Positions 16,244 to 22,851 of a stretch of 36,359 bases of DNA are shown piece after piece. Position 1 is the stretch's first letter; every line of letters starts with the position of its first letter. Position numbers and translations under genes: made by a program. The notes beneath the pieces were generated by a model. That model had not been told where the DNA came from, made no database searches, and was given only the letters and a program-made list of their open reading frames with translations. Origin of the DNA: Elusimicrobiota bacterium (lineage in GTDB: Bacteria > CG03). The stretch spans positions 1 to 36,359 of the forward strand of contig JAGHAG010000096.1 of the NCBI GenBank assembly GCA_021161625.1, read 5' to 3'.

Positions 16244-17648
16244 TTTTGAACTCCTCCTTTCTGATTTTATAATCGCTTCTTACCCGCAAATCCCTTTTAA
16301 GTTCCTTTGATAGTATAGCAATTGTTTTTCTGTCAAACAAGTCCGCAACGGTTGGATGAACAAAGATGTTTATAGGAAGATTTCTTTCAAATTTTTCCCT
16401 GTTTTTTAAAAGATGTCTTTTTACCTGAATAAAGACAGTTTTTGGAGAAAGGTGTTTTCCTGAACCACCACAGCAATCACAGGGGGTTGTAATTTTTTCA
16501 AGGATGTTGTCGCTGATCCTTTGCCTTGAAATTATTACAAGTCCCATTTTATTAGGCGGTAGAATATCAATTTTTGCCCTGTCAAATGATGCTTCAAATT
16601 TTATTTTATCAAAAAGCTTTTTTTTATCTGAGGTTTTTTTCATATCAATAAAATCACACACAATAATTCCCCCGATGTTTCTGAGACGAAGCTGTCTCAT
16701 TATTTCACGAGCTGCCTCTTTGTTTATGATAAAAGCCATCTCATCTGATGAAAGATTTTTTTTAAAAGAGCCACTGTTTACATCTATTGTTGTAAGGGCT
16801 TCGGTAGCCTGAATTATAATCTCTCCACCTGAGGGAAGTTTTTGAAAGGGTTTTGTGAGAGTTTTTATTGTGTTCTCAACTCCCCATAATTCAAAAAGGG
16901 ATTTTTTGTTTTTGTTTAAGAAAACGGTTTTCTTTTTTTCAGGAATAAAGTGTTTTATGAAATTGTAGGCTTTTTTGAATTCAGATTTTGGTTCAATGAT
17001 GATTTTCTTTGTCTTTGAATTTACAAGTTCCTTCAGGACCCTTTCTGTAAAATCATAAAGGACAAAAACAAGACCTGTTCCTTTTTTCTTTGAAATTTCT
17101 TTCTGGATTTTTTGCCAGGTTTGAAAGATAGTTTTTGCTTCAAAATAAATCTGTGACTCACTTTTTCCATTTGCATGAGTTCTTAAAATCCATGTTCCTT
17201 CAAATTTTCTTTTTATTTTTTCCCTTAATTTTGCCAGTCTTATTCTTTCGGTTTTCCCCTCAATATTTTTAGAAATGCCACCAGTAAATTTTCCTGCAAT
17301 AAAAACAAGGTTTCTGCCTGAAATTGAAATAAAACCTGAAAGCCGTGGGGGCTTTCCTCCTATTTCATCCTTTTTTATTTGAACAACAACATCCATCTCT
17401 TTTGTGAGTTTTTCAGGATACTCAGAAAAAGGCAAAAAGCAGTCCCGTCCAATCCCTATGTCAACAAAGGCAGCCTCAAGGGCTGAATTTATTGTTTTTA
17501 CAGTGCCTCTGTAGATATTCCCGATAAGTGATGGGGAATCCTGTCTTTCAATAAATAATTCCTGAACTAAAGAATTGTAAATCTGGGCTGCTCTTTTTTC
17601 ATCAGAGTCAACTTCTATGAGAATTATGTTATCTGAAACCTGTCTCAA
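16236..17648 (-). CDS. rng: Ribonuclease G/E family endoribonuclease
   Basis: S1 domain GNIYRGTVKTINSALEAAFVDIGIGRDCFLP, catalytic-core TEALTTIDVNSGSF, and CDCCGGSG Zn-link-like cysteines. At 470 aa it is the size of RNase G. Confidence 0.85.
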   Translation of the reverse strand: MRQVSDNIILIEVDSDEKRAAQIYNSLVQELFIERQDSPSLIGNIYRGTVKTINSALEAAFVDIGIGRDCFLPFSEYPEKLTKEMDVVVQIKKDEIGGKPPRLSGFISISGRNLVFIAGKFTGGISKNIEGKTERIRLAKLREKIKRKFEGTWILRTHANGKSESQIYFEAKTIFQTWQKIQKEISKKKGTGLVFVLYDFTERVLKELVNSKTKKIIIEPKSEFKKAYNFIKHFIPEKKKTVFLNKNKKSLFELWGVENTIKTLTKPFQKLPSGGEIIIQATEALTTIDVNSGSFKKNLSSDEMAFIINKEAAREIMRQLRLRNIGGIIVCDFIDMKKTSDKKKLFDKIKFEASFDRAKIDILPPNKMGLVIISRQRISDNILEKITTPCDCCGGSGKHLSPKTVFIQVKRHLLKNREKFERNLPINIFVHPTVADLFDRKTIAILSKELKRDLRVRSDYKIRKEEFKIE

Positions 17649-17660
17649 AAAAATTTCTCC

Positions 17661-17689
17661 TTAACAACTTTTGTTTTATTTATTATAAA
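17661..17689 (+). promoter_or_regulatory. Candidate promoter for tRNA-Val
   Basis: TTAACA (17661-17666), a 17-nt spacer, then TATAAA (17684-17689). An alternative pair, TTGTTT at 17671 and TTATAG at 17694, also has 17-nt spacing. Confidence 0.3.
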
Positions 17690-17712
17690 AATGTTATAGG
17701 AAATTTTCAAAC

Positions 17713-17786
17713 GGGTGAGTAGCTCAGATGGTGAGAGCACTTCCCTTACAAGGAAGAGGTCACAGGTTCGAATCCTGTCTCACCCA
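17713..17786 (+). tRNA. tRNA-Val (anticodon UAC)
   Basis: Acceptor GGGTGAG/CTCACCC, D-arm AGCTCAGATGGTGAGAGC, anticodon stem CTTCC/GGAAG with loop CTTACAA, T-arm ACAGG-TTCGAAT-CCTGT, discriminator A. No encoded CCA. Confidence 0.9.
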
Positions 17787-17795
17787 TAAAAAAGT

Positions 17796-17831
17796 GCGGG
17801 AGGGTCAGAGGTTCGGATTCTCTTCCGCCCA
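17796..17831 (+). other. tRNA 3'-half-like remnant / minihelix
   Basis: AGAGG-TTCGGAT-TCTCT (a T-arm with a TTCGGAT loop), then TCCGCCC-A, which resembles an acceptor 3' strand plus discriminator. No D or anticodon arm. It can also fold as GCGGGAG...CTTCCGC followed by CCA. Confidence 0.35.
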
Positions 17832-17841
17832 GTAAAAAGAA

Positions 17842-18252
17842 ATGGTCAATCCTAAAAAAATAAAGGCGCTTTATGAAAAAATGCAAAAATTCGGTATTCG
17901 GGAACAAGACATTGAAGAAAAATTTATCAAATCCTCTGGTAAAGGCGGTCAGAAAGTAAACAAAACTTCAACCTGTGTTTATCTTTTACACAAACCAACA
18001 GGCATATCTGTAAAATGTTCTATTAGCCGCCTGCAGGCAGTAAACAGATTTCTTGCAAGAAGAATACTGCTTGAGCGTATTCTTGAAATGAAAAATAAAG
18101 AACTTTCTGAGAGAATGAAAAAAATTTATAAAATCAGAAAGCAAAAAAAGAAAAGAAGCAAAAGAGCAAAGGAAAAAATTTTAAAAATGAAAAAAATGAT
18201 ATCCCGGAAAAAAATTTTAAGAAGAAAGATAAAAGAAAATGAAATTTTTTAA
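17842..18252 (+). CDS. arfB: ArfB/ICT1-like peptidyl-tRNA hydrolase (GGQ domain plus basic tail)
   Basis: SGKGGQKVNKTSTCV GGQ motif followed by a very Lys/Arg-rich C-terminal tail. 136 aa. Confidence 0.75.
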   Translation: MVNPKKIKALYEKMQKFGIREQDIEEKFIKSSGKGGQKVNKTSTCVYLLHKPTGISVKCSISRLQAVNRFLARRILLERILEMKNKELSERMKKIYKIRKQKKKRSKRAKEKILKMKKMISRKKILRRKIKENEIF

Positions 18253-18901
18253 AACCCCCTTCCCACAAGAAATTTTAATGACACCTCTGGAAGTTATTTT
18301 TAAAAAATTTGAGAAGAAAGTAGAAGTTAAGGAAATTTTATCAACAACAAACTGGTATAAAGCAATTCGCTGCAGGACTGGTGATAAAGAATTTGGTATT
18401 GTTTTTTCAAGGACCTGTGAACTTGCAGGGGATTGTTTACTTTTTTTAAAAGAAGCAGGGGTAAGAAAAGTTCTTTTTGCAGGATTTGCAGGAAGCATAA
18501 ATCCTGAAATAAAACCAGGGGAAGTCTGCACACTTTATCAGTGGGCAGGGGGAAAAAGTTTTTCACATTTTTTTAAAAAAGATATTGCAAGAAAAATAAA
18601 GAAGGAAAAAATCAGAACATTTTTCAATTCAGTTCAAAACTTCAAAAAGGCAAAAGTTTATACAATACCCTCTCTTTTTTTTGAAGAAAAACTTGTAAGA
18701 ATTTTCAAGGAAAAGGATTTTGACCTATTGGATATGGAAACAGCCCATGTTGTAAGAGCAGCTCAAAATATAAATCTCAAATTTTTATATCTTGTAACAG
18801 ATATAAACCCAGTTAGATGTTTACTATCCAACGGGGTAAACAGTTTATTTGAAAAGATAAAATTTGAAAAAATCATAGAACCGTGCCTGAAATTAGTGTA
18901 A
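18239..18901 (+). CDS. Nucleoside phosphorylase/nucleosidase superfamily protein (MTAN or futalosine-hydrolase-like)
   Basis: FAGFAGSINPEIKPGEV and LLDMETAHVVRAA resemble the PNP_UDP_1 family motifs GxAGGL...GD and EMEaaA. The C-terminal region contains a copy of the 31-nt hairpin repeat. Confidence 0.5.
   Translation: MKFFKTPFPQEILMTPLEVIFKKFEKKVEVKEILSTTNWYKAIRCRTGDKEFGIVFSRTCELAGDCLLFLKEAGVRKVLFAGFAGSINPEIKPGEVCTLYQWAGGKSFSHFFKKDIARKIKKEKIRTFFNSVQNFKKAKVYTIPSLFFEEKLVRIFKEKDFDLLDMETAHVVRAAQNINLKFLYLVTDINPVRCLLSNGVNSLFEKIKFEKIIEPCLKLV
18807..18837 (-). repeat. 31-nt hairpin repeat, copy 1 (reverse complement: ACCCCGTTGGAT-AGTAAAC-ATCTAACTGGGT)
   Basis: 12-nt arms (10 Watson-Crick pairs, 1 G.T and 1 mismatch) and an AGNAAAC loop. 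Homologous to 21331-21361 and 22174-22204. Lies inside the ORF and encodes NPVRCLLSNGV. Confidence 0.75.
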
Positions 18902-19689
18902 TCATTACAACCTATAACAGAGCACAACTTTTAGAACAGGCAATAGAAAGTGTTTTAGCGCAAAGTTATAAAAATTTTGAGGTTATCGTGGTTGACGATG
19001 GCTCTGAGGATGAAACTTCACGGATAGTAAAAAGATTTAAGGTTAAGTACATTTTTCAGAAGAATTCAGGTATAAGCAAAGCCCGAAATACAGGTGTTGA
19101 ATTTTCCAAGGGCAGATTGATTGCATTTCTTGATTCAGATGACCTGTGGAAACCAGAAAAGCTCAAAATCCAGAAAAAATTCATGGATGAAAATCCGCAC
19201 ATTCCGCTCTGCTATACAGATGAAATATGGCTGAAAGGAAGGGTTTTAAAAAATCAGAAGAAGATTCACCAAAAGTTTGGTGGAGACATTTTTGAAAGGT
19301 CCCTTAAGCTCTGTATAATTTCCCCATCATCTGTTATGATAAGAAGAGAAATTTTTGAGGAGTTTAAGTTTGATGAAAAATTACCTGTTTGTGAAGATTA
19401 TGATTTGTGGCTCAGGATTTGTGCAAAATATGAGGTGGGATATATTCCACAAAAACTCATAATAAAGAGGAGTATTTGCGAGCAGCTTTCAAAAAAATAT
19501 AAAGCAATGGACAGATTTAGAATTTATGCCATAAGAAAAATTTTAAAAACACACATTTCCTTTAAAAAAAGAAGATTGGCACTGGAAGAGTTGAGGACAA
19601 AATGTAGAATTGTTGCAAACGGTGCTTTAAAAAGAGGAAAATTTTTTAGATTTTTAAAATATAAATTAATTCCACTTTTGGCGAAGTAA
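18883..19689 (+). CDS. Family 2 glycosyltransferase
   Basis: ISVIITTYNRAQLLEQAIESVLAQSYKNFEVIVVDDGSEDET and FLDSDD (DxD) motifs. GTG start. Confidence 0.85.
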   Translation: MPEISVIITTYNRAQLLEQAIESVLAQSYKNFEVIVVDDGSEDETSRIVKRFKVKYIFQKNSGISKARNTGVEFSKGRLIAFLDSDDLWKPEKLKIQKKFMDENPHIPLCYTDEIWLKGRVLKNQKKIHQKFGGDIFERSLKLCIISPSSVMIRREIFEEFKFDEKLPVCEDYDLWLRICAKYEVGYIPQKLIIKRSICEQLSKKYKAMDRFRIYAIRKILKTHISFKKRRLALEELRTKCRIVANGALKRGKFFRFLKYKLIPLLAK

Positions 19690-19691
19690 AT

Positions 19692-20174
19692 ATGGAAAAC
19701 TGGCAGATTTCTGATTTTGCATTTGAGATTTTGCAAAAACTCTCAAAAGAAGATCGCGAGAAACTTAAAACTTTCCTTGAGGATTTAAAGCCGGGTTTAA
19801 ACAAAATGAATGAGATTGCAGGGGAAATATATGAGATTTCAAAGAGGGATAAAATATCAGTTGTTAAAATTTTAAATAAAATAGAAAATTATGTTTTCAG
19901 TTCAAAGATGAACAGAAGGGAAAAAATTGAGGAAGCAAGGCATTTTTTAAAGAAGTTGAGATACCCGTTTTTTACAGCAAAAGTAGAACAACTCCTTGAA
20001 AAAATTAAAGAGTTAAAACTTCCCCCCAATATCAAAATAAATTATCCGCAAAATCTTGAAAAAAAAGAACTTGAAATCAAAATAAAGGCAAAGAATTTTT
20101 CTGATTTCAAAAAAGCGCTTGATTTATTAAAGCAAAAGGTCCCACTTATAGATGAAATTTTCAAAGTTCTCTAA
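19692..20174 (+). CDS. Hypothetical helical protein (160 aa) translationally coupled to the radical SAM gene
   Basis: Clean ORF with no recognisable motif. 2-nt gap to GT2 and a 23-nt overlap with the downstream gene. Confidence 0.6.
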   Translation: MENWQISDFAFEILQKLSKEDREKLKTFLEDLKPGLNKMNEIAGEIYEISKRDKISVVKILNKIENYVFSSKMNRREKIEEARHFLKKLRYPFFTAKVEQLLEKIKELKLPPNIKINYPQNLEKKELEIKIKAKNFSDFKKALDLLKQKVPLIDEIFKVL

Positions 20175-21228
20175 AATTTTTTATACCGAAGATGCTCTGT
20201 CATATCCCCTCACAAAGAAAATTTTTAAGCAATTTCCTGATGCCAAAAGAATTTGTATACCCCATCCAAGCCGACTTTATTTTAAACCATGGAAAGAGAT
20301 TGAAAAAATTTCCCAATCAAAAGAAAATCTTTTTCTCACAACCAGAAAAGAAAACTTTATTGACAAATGCCCGGGGTCAAAAGGGCATCTGTGCTGTAAT
20401 TATTTTGTGACAAAAAATGTTATTGGTTGTCCAAAGGATTGCACATATTGTTATCTTCAGGCATACATAAACATTTCCGCAATTACAATTTTTGTAAACG
20501 AGGAAAACTTTTTAAAAGAATTTGAGGAATTTGCAAAAACAGGCTTAAAGAGAATAGGGACAGGGGAGTTTTCGGATTCGTTTTTTCTGGATGAAATTCT
20601 TGATATAAACACATCGCTTATTGAAATTGTTTCAAAGACAAATTCCATACTGGAACTTAAAACAAAATCTTCCTGTATTGATAAAATTTTAAATTTAAAA
20701 CACAGAGGGAAAACTGTAGTTGCATGGAGCATAAATCCTGAAGAGATTATTTTGAAAGAGGAGCCCCACACAGCAAGTTTAAAACAGAGAATTGATGCAA
20801 TGCAAAAATGCATTTATGCAGGATACAAAATTGCACTTCATCTTGACCCCATAATTTATTCTGAAAACTGGAGGAAAAATTATGAAGAAATGCTAATGCG
20901 GGTTTTTGAGAAGATTAATCCTTCAAAAGTGGAATGGATAAGTCTTGGGACTTTCAGGTTTTACCCGGTCTTAAAAAGAATTTTAGTTGAGAGGTTTGAT
21001 GGACCTCAGTACATCTTTGGCGAATTTATAAGATGTGATGATGGAAAGATGAGATATCCAAGATTTTTAAGGGAAGAAATCTATCGCCACATAAAAAATT
21101 TGCTTTTAAAAATAAACAGGAATTTAAGAATCTATCTTTGTATGGAATCAGAAACTGTCTGGAAAAATGTTTTTGGGAAATCCCCATTTCATGATAATAA
21201 TCTTGAAATACTTTTTGGAAAGAGATAA
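20152..21228 (+). CDS. Radical SAM protein, spore-photoproduct-lyase (SplB/COG1533)-like family
   Basis: CPKDCTYCYLQ (CX3CX2C), GTGEFSDS and LELKTKS stretches resemble SPL-family proteins. Assigned from memory. Confidence 0.55.
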   Translation: MKFSKFSKIFYTEDALSYPLTKKIFKQFPDAKRICIPHPSRLYFKPWKEIEKISQSKENLFLTTRKENFIDKCPGSKGHLCCNYFVTKNVIGCPKDCTYCYLQAYINISAITIFVNEENFLKEFEEFAKTGLKRIGTGEFSDSFFLDEILDINTSLIEIVSKTNSILELKTKSSCIDKILNLKHRGKTVVAWSINPEEIILKEEPHTASLKQRIDAMQKCIYAGYKIALHLDPIIYSENWRKNYEEMLMRVFEKINPSKVEWISLGTFRFYPVLKRILVERFDGPQYIFGEFIRCDDGKMRYPRFLREEIYRHIKNLLLKINRNLRIYLCMESETVWKNVFGKSPFHDNNLEILFGKR

Positions 21229-21237
21229 CATAATAAA

Positions 21238-21330
21238 GTGGAAAGAGGACAGTGGATAGAGGATAGTGATGAAGTTGCAGACACTTGGTCTGCGATAAAG
21301 TGATATGGAGATATGGAGACAAGATGACAA
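21238..21330 (+). repeat. Mosaic intergenic repeat: a GGA heptad array, a GCAGAC hairpin and GATATGGA/GACAAG octamers
   Basis: GTGGAAAG AGGACAG TGGATAG AGGATAG TGATGAAG (21238-21274). Hairpin GCAGAC-ACTTG-GTCTGC (21277-21293). GTGATATGGA GATATGGA GACAAGAT GACAAG (21300-21330). Modules are shared with 12497-12631, 24130-24164 and 36167-36234. Confidence 0.75.
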
Positions 21331-21361
21331 GCCCCGTTGGATAGAAAACATCCAATGGGGC
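21331..21361 (+). repeat. 31-nt hairpin repeat, copy 2 (GCCCCGTTGGAT-AGAAAAC-ATCCAATGGGGC)
   Basis: 12-bp stem (11 Watson-Crick pairs plus 1 G.T) and an AGNAAAC loop. Intergenic. Confidence 0.8.
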
Positions 21362-21393
21362 AAGTGAAAAAGGGGAGAACCCCCTACTTAATC

Positions 21394-21416
21394 TCCCCCC
21401 TAAGAGGGGGGATTTT
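21394..21416 (+). terminator. Rho-independent terminator candidate (C6/G6 hairpin plus T4)
   Basis: TCCCCCC-TAAGA-GGGGGGA followed by TTTT. Preceded by a small GGGG-AGAA-CCCC hairpin (21372-21383). Downstream of the radical SAM gene. Confidence 0.6.
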
Positions 21417-21492
21417 GCCTTATCAACTGAAATAGGAAGTGGAAAGAGGAAACAGGAGAAGAATCGGAAAGGATGGAAAATAGGAGGAAATT

Positions 21493-21717
21493 ATGCCCAC
21501 AGTAGAGCTTAATTTGGAGCAAATTATTAAAGCTGTAAAACAACTTAAGCCAGTGGAAAAGGTTATTTTATGGGAAAGAATTGGCAGTGATCTTGCTAAA
21601 GTTACTGAAAAAATCAGAGCACAGGCAAGAAAATTAAATCTGACAAAGCTTTCCAATGCCGAAATTGAAAAGTTTATTCATCAGGTGAGAAAAGAACGTG
21701 GACAGAATCGTTCTTGA
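21493..21717 (+). CDS. Putative antitoxin of the PIN toxin
   Basis: 74-aa ORF with a strong SD (AGGAGGA) 5 nt upstream. Overlaps the PIN gene by 20 nt. The call rests on position and size. Confidence 0.55.
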   Translation: MPTVELNLEQIIKAVKQLKPVEKVILWERIGSDLAKVTEKIRAQARKLNLTKLSNAEIEKFIHQVRKERGQNRS

Positions 21718-22105
21718 TACAAATGTATTTGTTTCTGCCTACATAAAACCAGAGGGAATTTCCGCACGGTTAATAGATTTATGGATTTTGGATGTATTTG
21801 AATTGGTTATTTGTGAAGAGATTCTTGATGAATATGTAGAAATTCTTTTAAGGAAGGGTATTTCTTATCGTTTATTAAAGGAATTAAACAGGCAAATATG
21901 GAATAAAGCAATAAAGGTAAACCTGGTCGGCAGTGTTAATGTGATTAAGAATGATATATCTGATAATAAATTTCTTGAATGTGCTGTTAGGGGGAAAGCA
22001 AAATATATCATCAGCGGTGATAAACATTTGCTAAATGTAAAGAAATTTGGCAGGATTAAAATTTTGGGGCCAGGAGAATTTTTAAAGAGACTCAAAATCA
22101 GGTGA
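21698..22105 (+). CDS. PIN-domain toxin (PIN_3/TIGR00305-like)
   Basis: IVLDTNVFVSAYI at the N-terminus, and D..FLECAV.GKAKYIISGDKHLL at the C-terminus. 135 aa. GTG start. Confidence 0.75.
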   Translation: MDRIVLDTNVFVSAYIKPEGISARLIDLWILDVFELVICEEILDEYVEILLRKGISYRLLKELNRQIWNKAIKVNLVGSVNVIKNDISDNKFLECAVRGKAKYIISGDKHLLNVKKFGRIKILGPGEFLKRLKIR

Positions 22106-22149
22106 AAAAATTGAAAAATAAAAACAAAAATGTGAAGTTGGGGATAGCG

Positions 22150-22851
22150 ATGAATAAAAGAAAAAAGGGGTTTACCCTGTTAGATAGCAAACATCTAACA
22201 GGGTTTACACTTGTGGAACTCATGCTTGTTGTTGTAATTATTGGAATTCTTATGTTTGCAGGAGCATTAAAATTTAAAGATATGCGTTCGCAGATGAAAA
22301 TTGATGAGACAAAAGCAAAAATGAAAGCCATTCAGGTTGCAATAAAAATGTATTATGCTGATGTGGGACACTTCCCTGTTTTGCTTGCAGGTTACAGCAG
22401 TAACTGGAGCCATACCGGTCTTGGTGAAACCAGTGCAGGAAATGATACATCAAAATGGGTGGATTATTTGATAAATGGAGTGCCAAATTCTGTTGGCAAT
22501 CTTGAGGATGCAAATTCAGATGGGAAAATTGACAACTGGAATGGCCCCTATGTTGAAAATGAAAGTATCTTCAAGGATGCATGGGAACATCGTTTTGCAT
22601 GGAGAAATTATATGGGAAATGATTCATTTTATTCGGCAATTGTTTCACAGGGGCCAATGGGAAATGATGATGGGAATTCTTTCAGATTTATCACAAGGTC
22701 AGGAGCCTCATCACCCGCAGCAGCAGTTTTTGCAAAACAAGTGAAAGATGAACTGTATCCACCTGATGAAGAAGGTTTTTCAATAATTCCCCAGAATGGG
22801 GATGACAAAAATCTTGAAACTGACTTTAACATTGTTTTGTGGCTCGAATAA
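22150..22851 (+). CDS. GspG-like pseudopilin / type IV pilin-like protein with an interrupted, duplicated prepilin cleavage motif
   Basis: MNKRKKG|FTLLDSKHLTG|FTLVELMLVVVIIGIL, then KAKMKAIQVAIKMYYADVGHFP (GspG-like). The ORF is open from the GTG at 22102. The ATG at 22150 is preferred because it gives a short basic leader. Confidence 0.8.
   Translation: MNKRKKGFTLLDSKHLTGFTLVELMLVVVIIGILMFAGALKFKDMRSQMKIDETKAKMKAIQVAIKMYYADVGHFPVLLAGYSSNWSHTGLGETSAGNDTSKWVDYLINGVPNSVGNLEDANSDGKIDNWNGPYVENESIFKDAWEHRFAWRNYMGNDSFYSAIVSQGPMGNDDGNSFRFITRSGASSPAAAVFAKQVKDELYPPDEEGFSIIPQNGDDKNLETDFNIVLWLE
22174..22204 (+). repeat. 31-nt hairpin repeat, copy 3 (ACCCTGTTAGAT-AGCAAAC-ATCTAACAGGGT)
   Basis: Perfect 12-bp stem and an AGNAAAC loop. 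Flanked by GGGTTTAC direct repeats at 22168 and 22201, 33 nt apart. Lies in frame inside the pilin leader. Confidence 0.85.

Noticed and set aside
21238-21300. Small peptides encoded in the GGA-rich repeats, for example a GTG-initiated 21-codon ORF at 21238 and a 26-codon ORF at 36167.
   Set aside because: Repeat copies at different loci are similar at the DNA level but not in any consistent reading frame. They have no SD, and the arrays are better described by 7-nt periodicity, which is not a multiple of 3.
17713-22105. A genomic island or prophage integrated at tRNA-Val (tRNA gene, tRNA-like remnant and TA module downstream).
   Set aside because: There is no integrase, recombinase or phage gene, and no direct repeat of the tRNA-Val 3' end. 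The intervening genes form an ordinary overlapping operon.
21331-22204. Integron-like gene cassette: a TA pair flanked by imperfect palindromes containing GTTAGAT/GTTGGAT (GTTRRRY-like) and ATCTAAC (RYYYAAC-like) words.
   Set aside because: The order within the hairpin is GTTRRRY on the 5' arm and RYYYAAC on the 3' arm, the reverse of attC sites. At 31 nt the element is far shorter than any attC site. There are no extrahelical-base features, and no intI or attI is in the window.
18807-22204. The hairpin repeats (about 31-37 nt, GTTTAC... ends) as CRISPR repeats.
   Set aside because: The copies are isolated singletons 2.5 kb and 0.8 kb apart. There is no regular repeat-spacer periodicity and no cas genes, and two copies lie inside ORFs.
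21026-22331. Minus-strand ORFs across the repeat-rich spacer and TA region (21026..21355, 21148..21363, 21423..21656, 21865..22095 and 22098..22331).
   Set aside because: They overlap well-supported plus-strand genes or run through repeat modules, and their translations have no motifs. 22098..22331 only echoes the hairpin repeat (NPVRCLLSN) read on the opposite strand.
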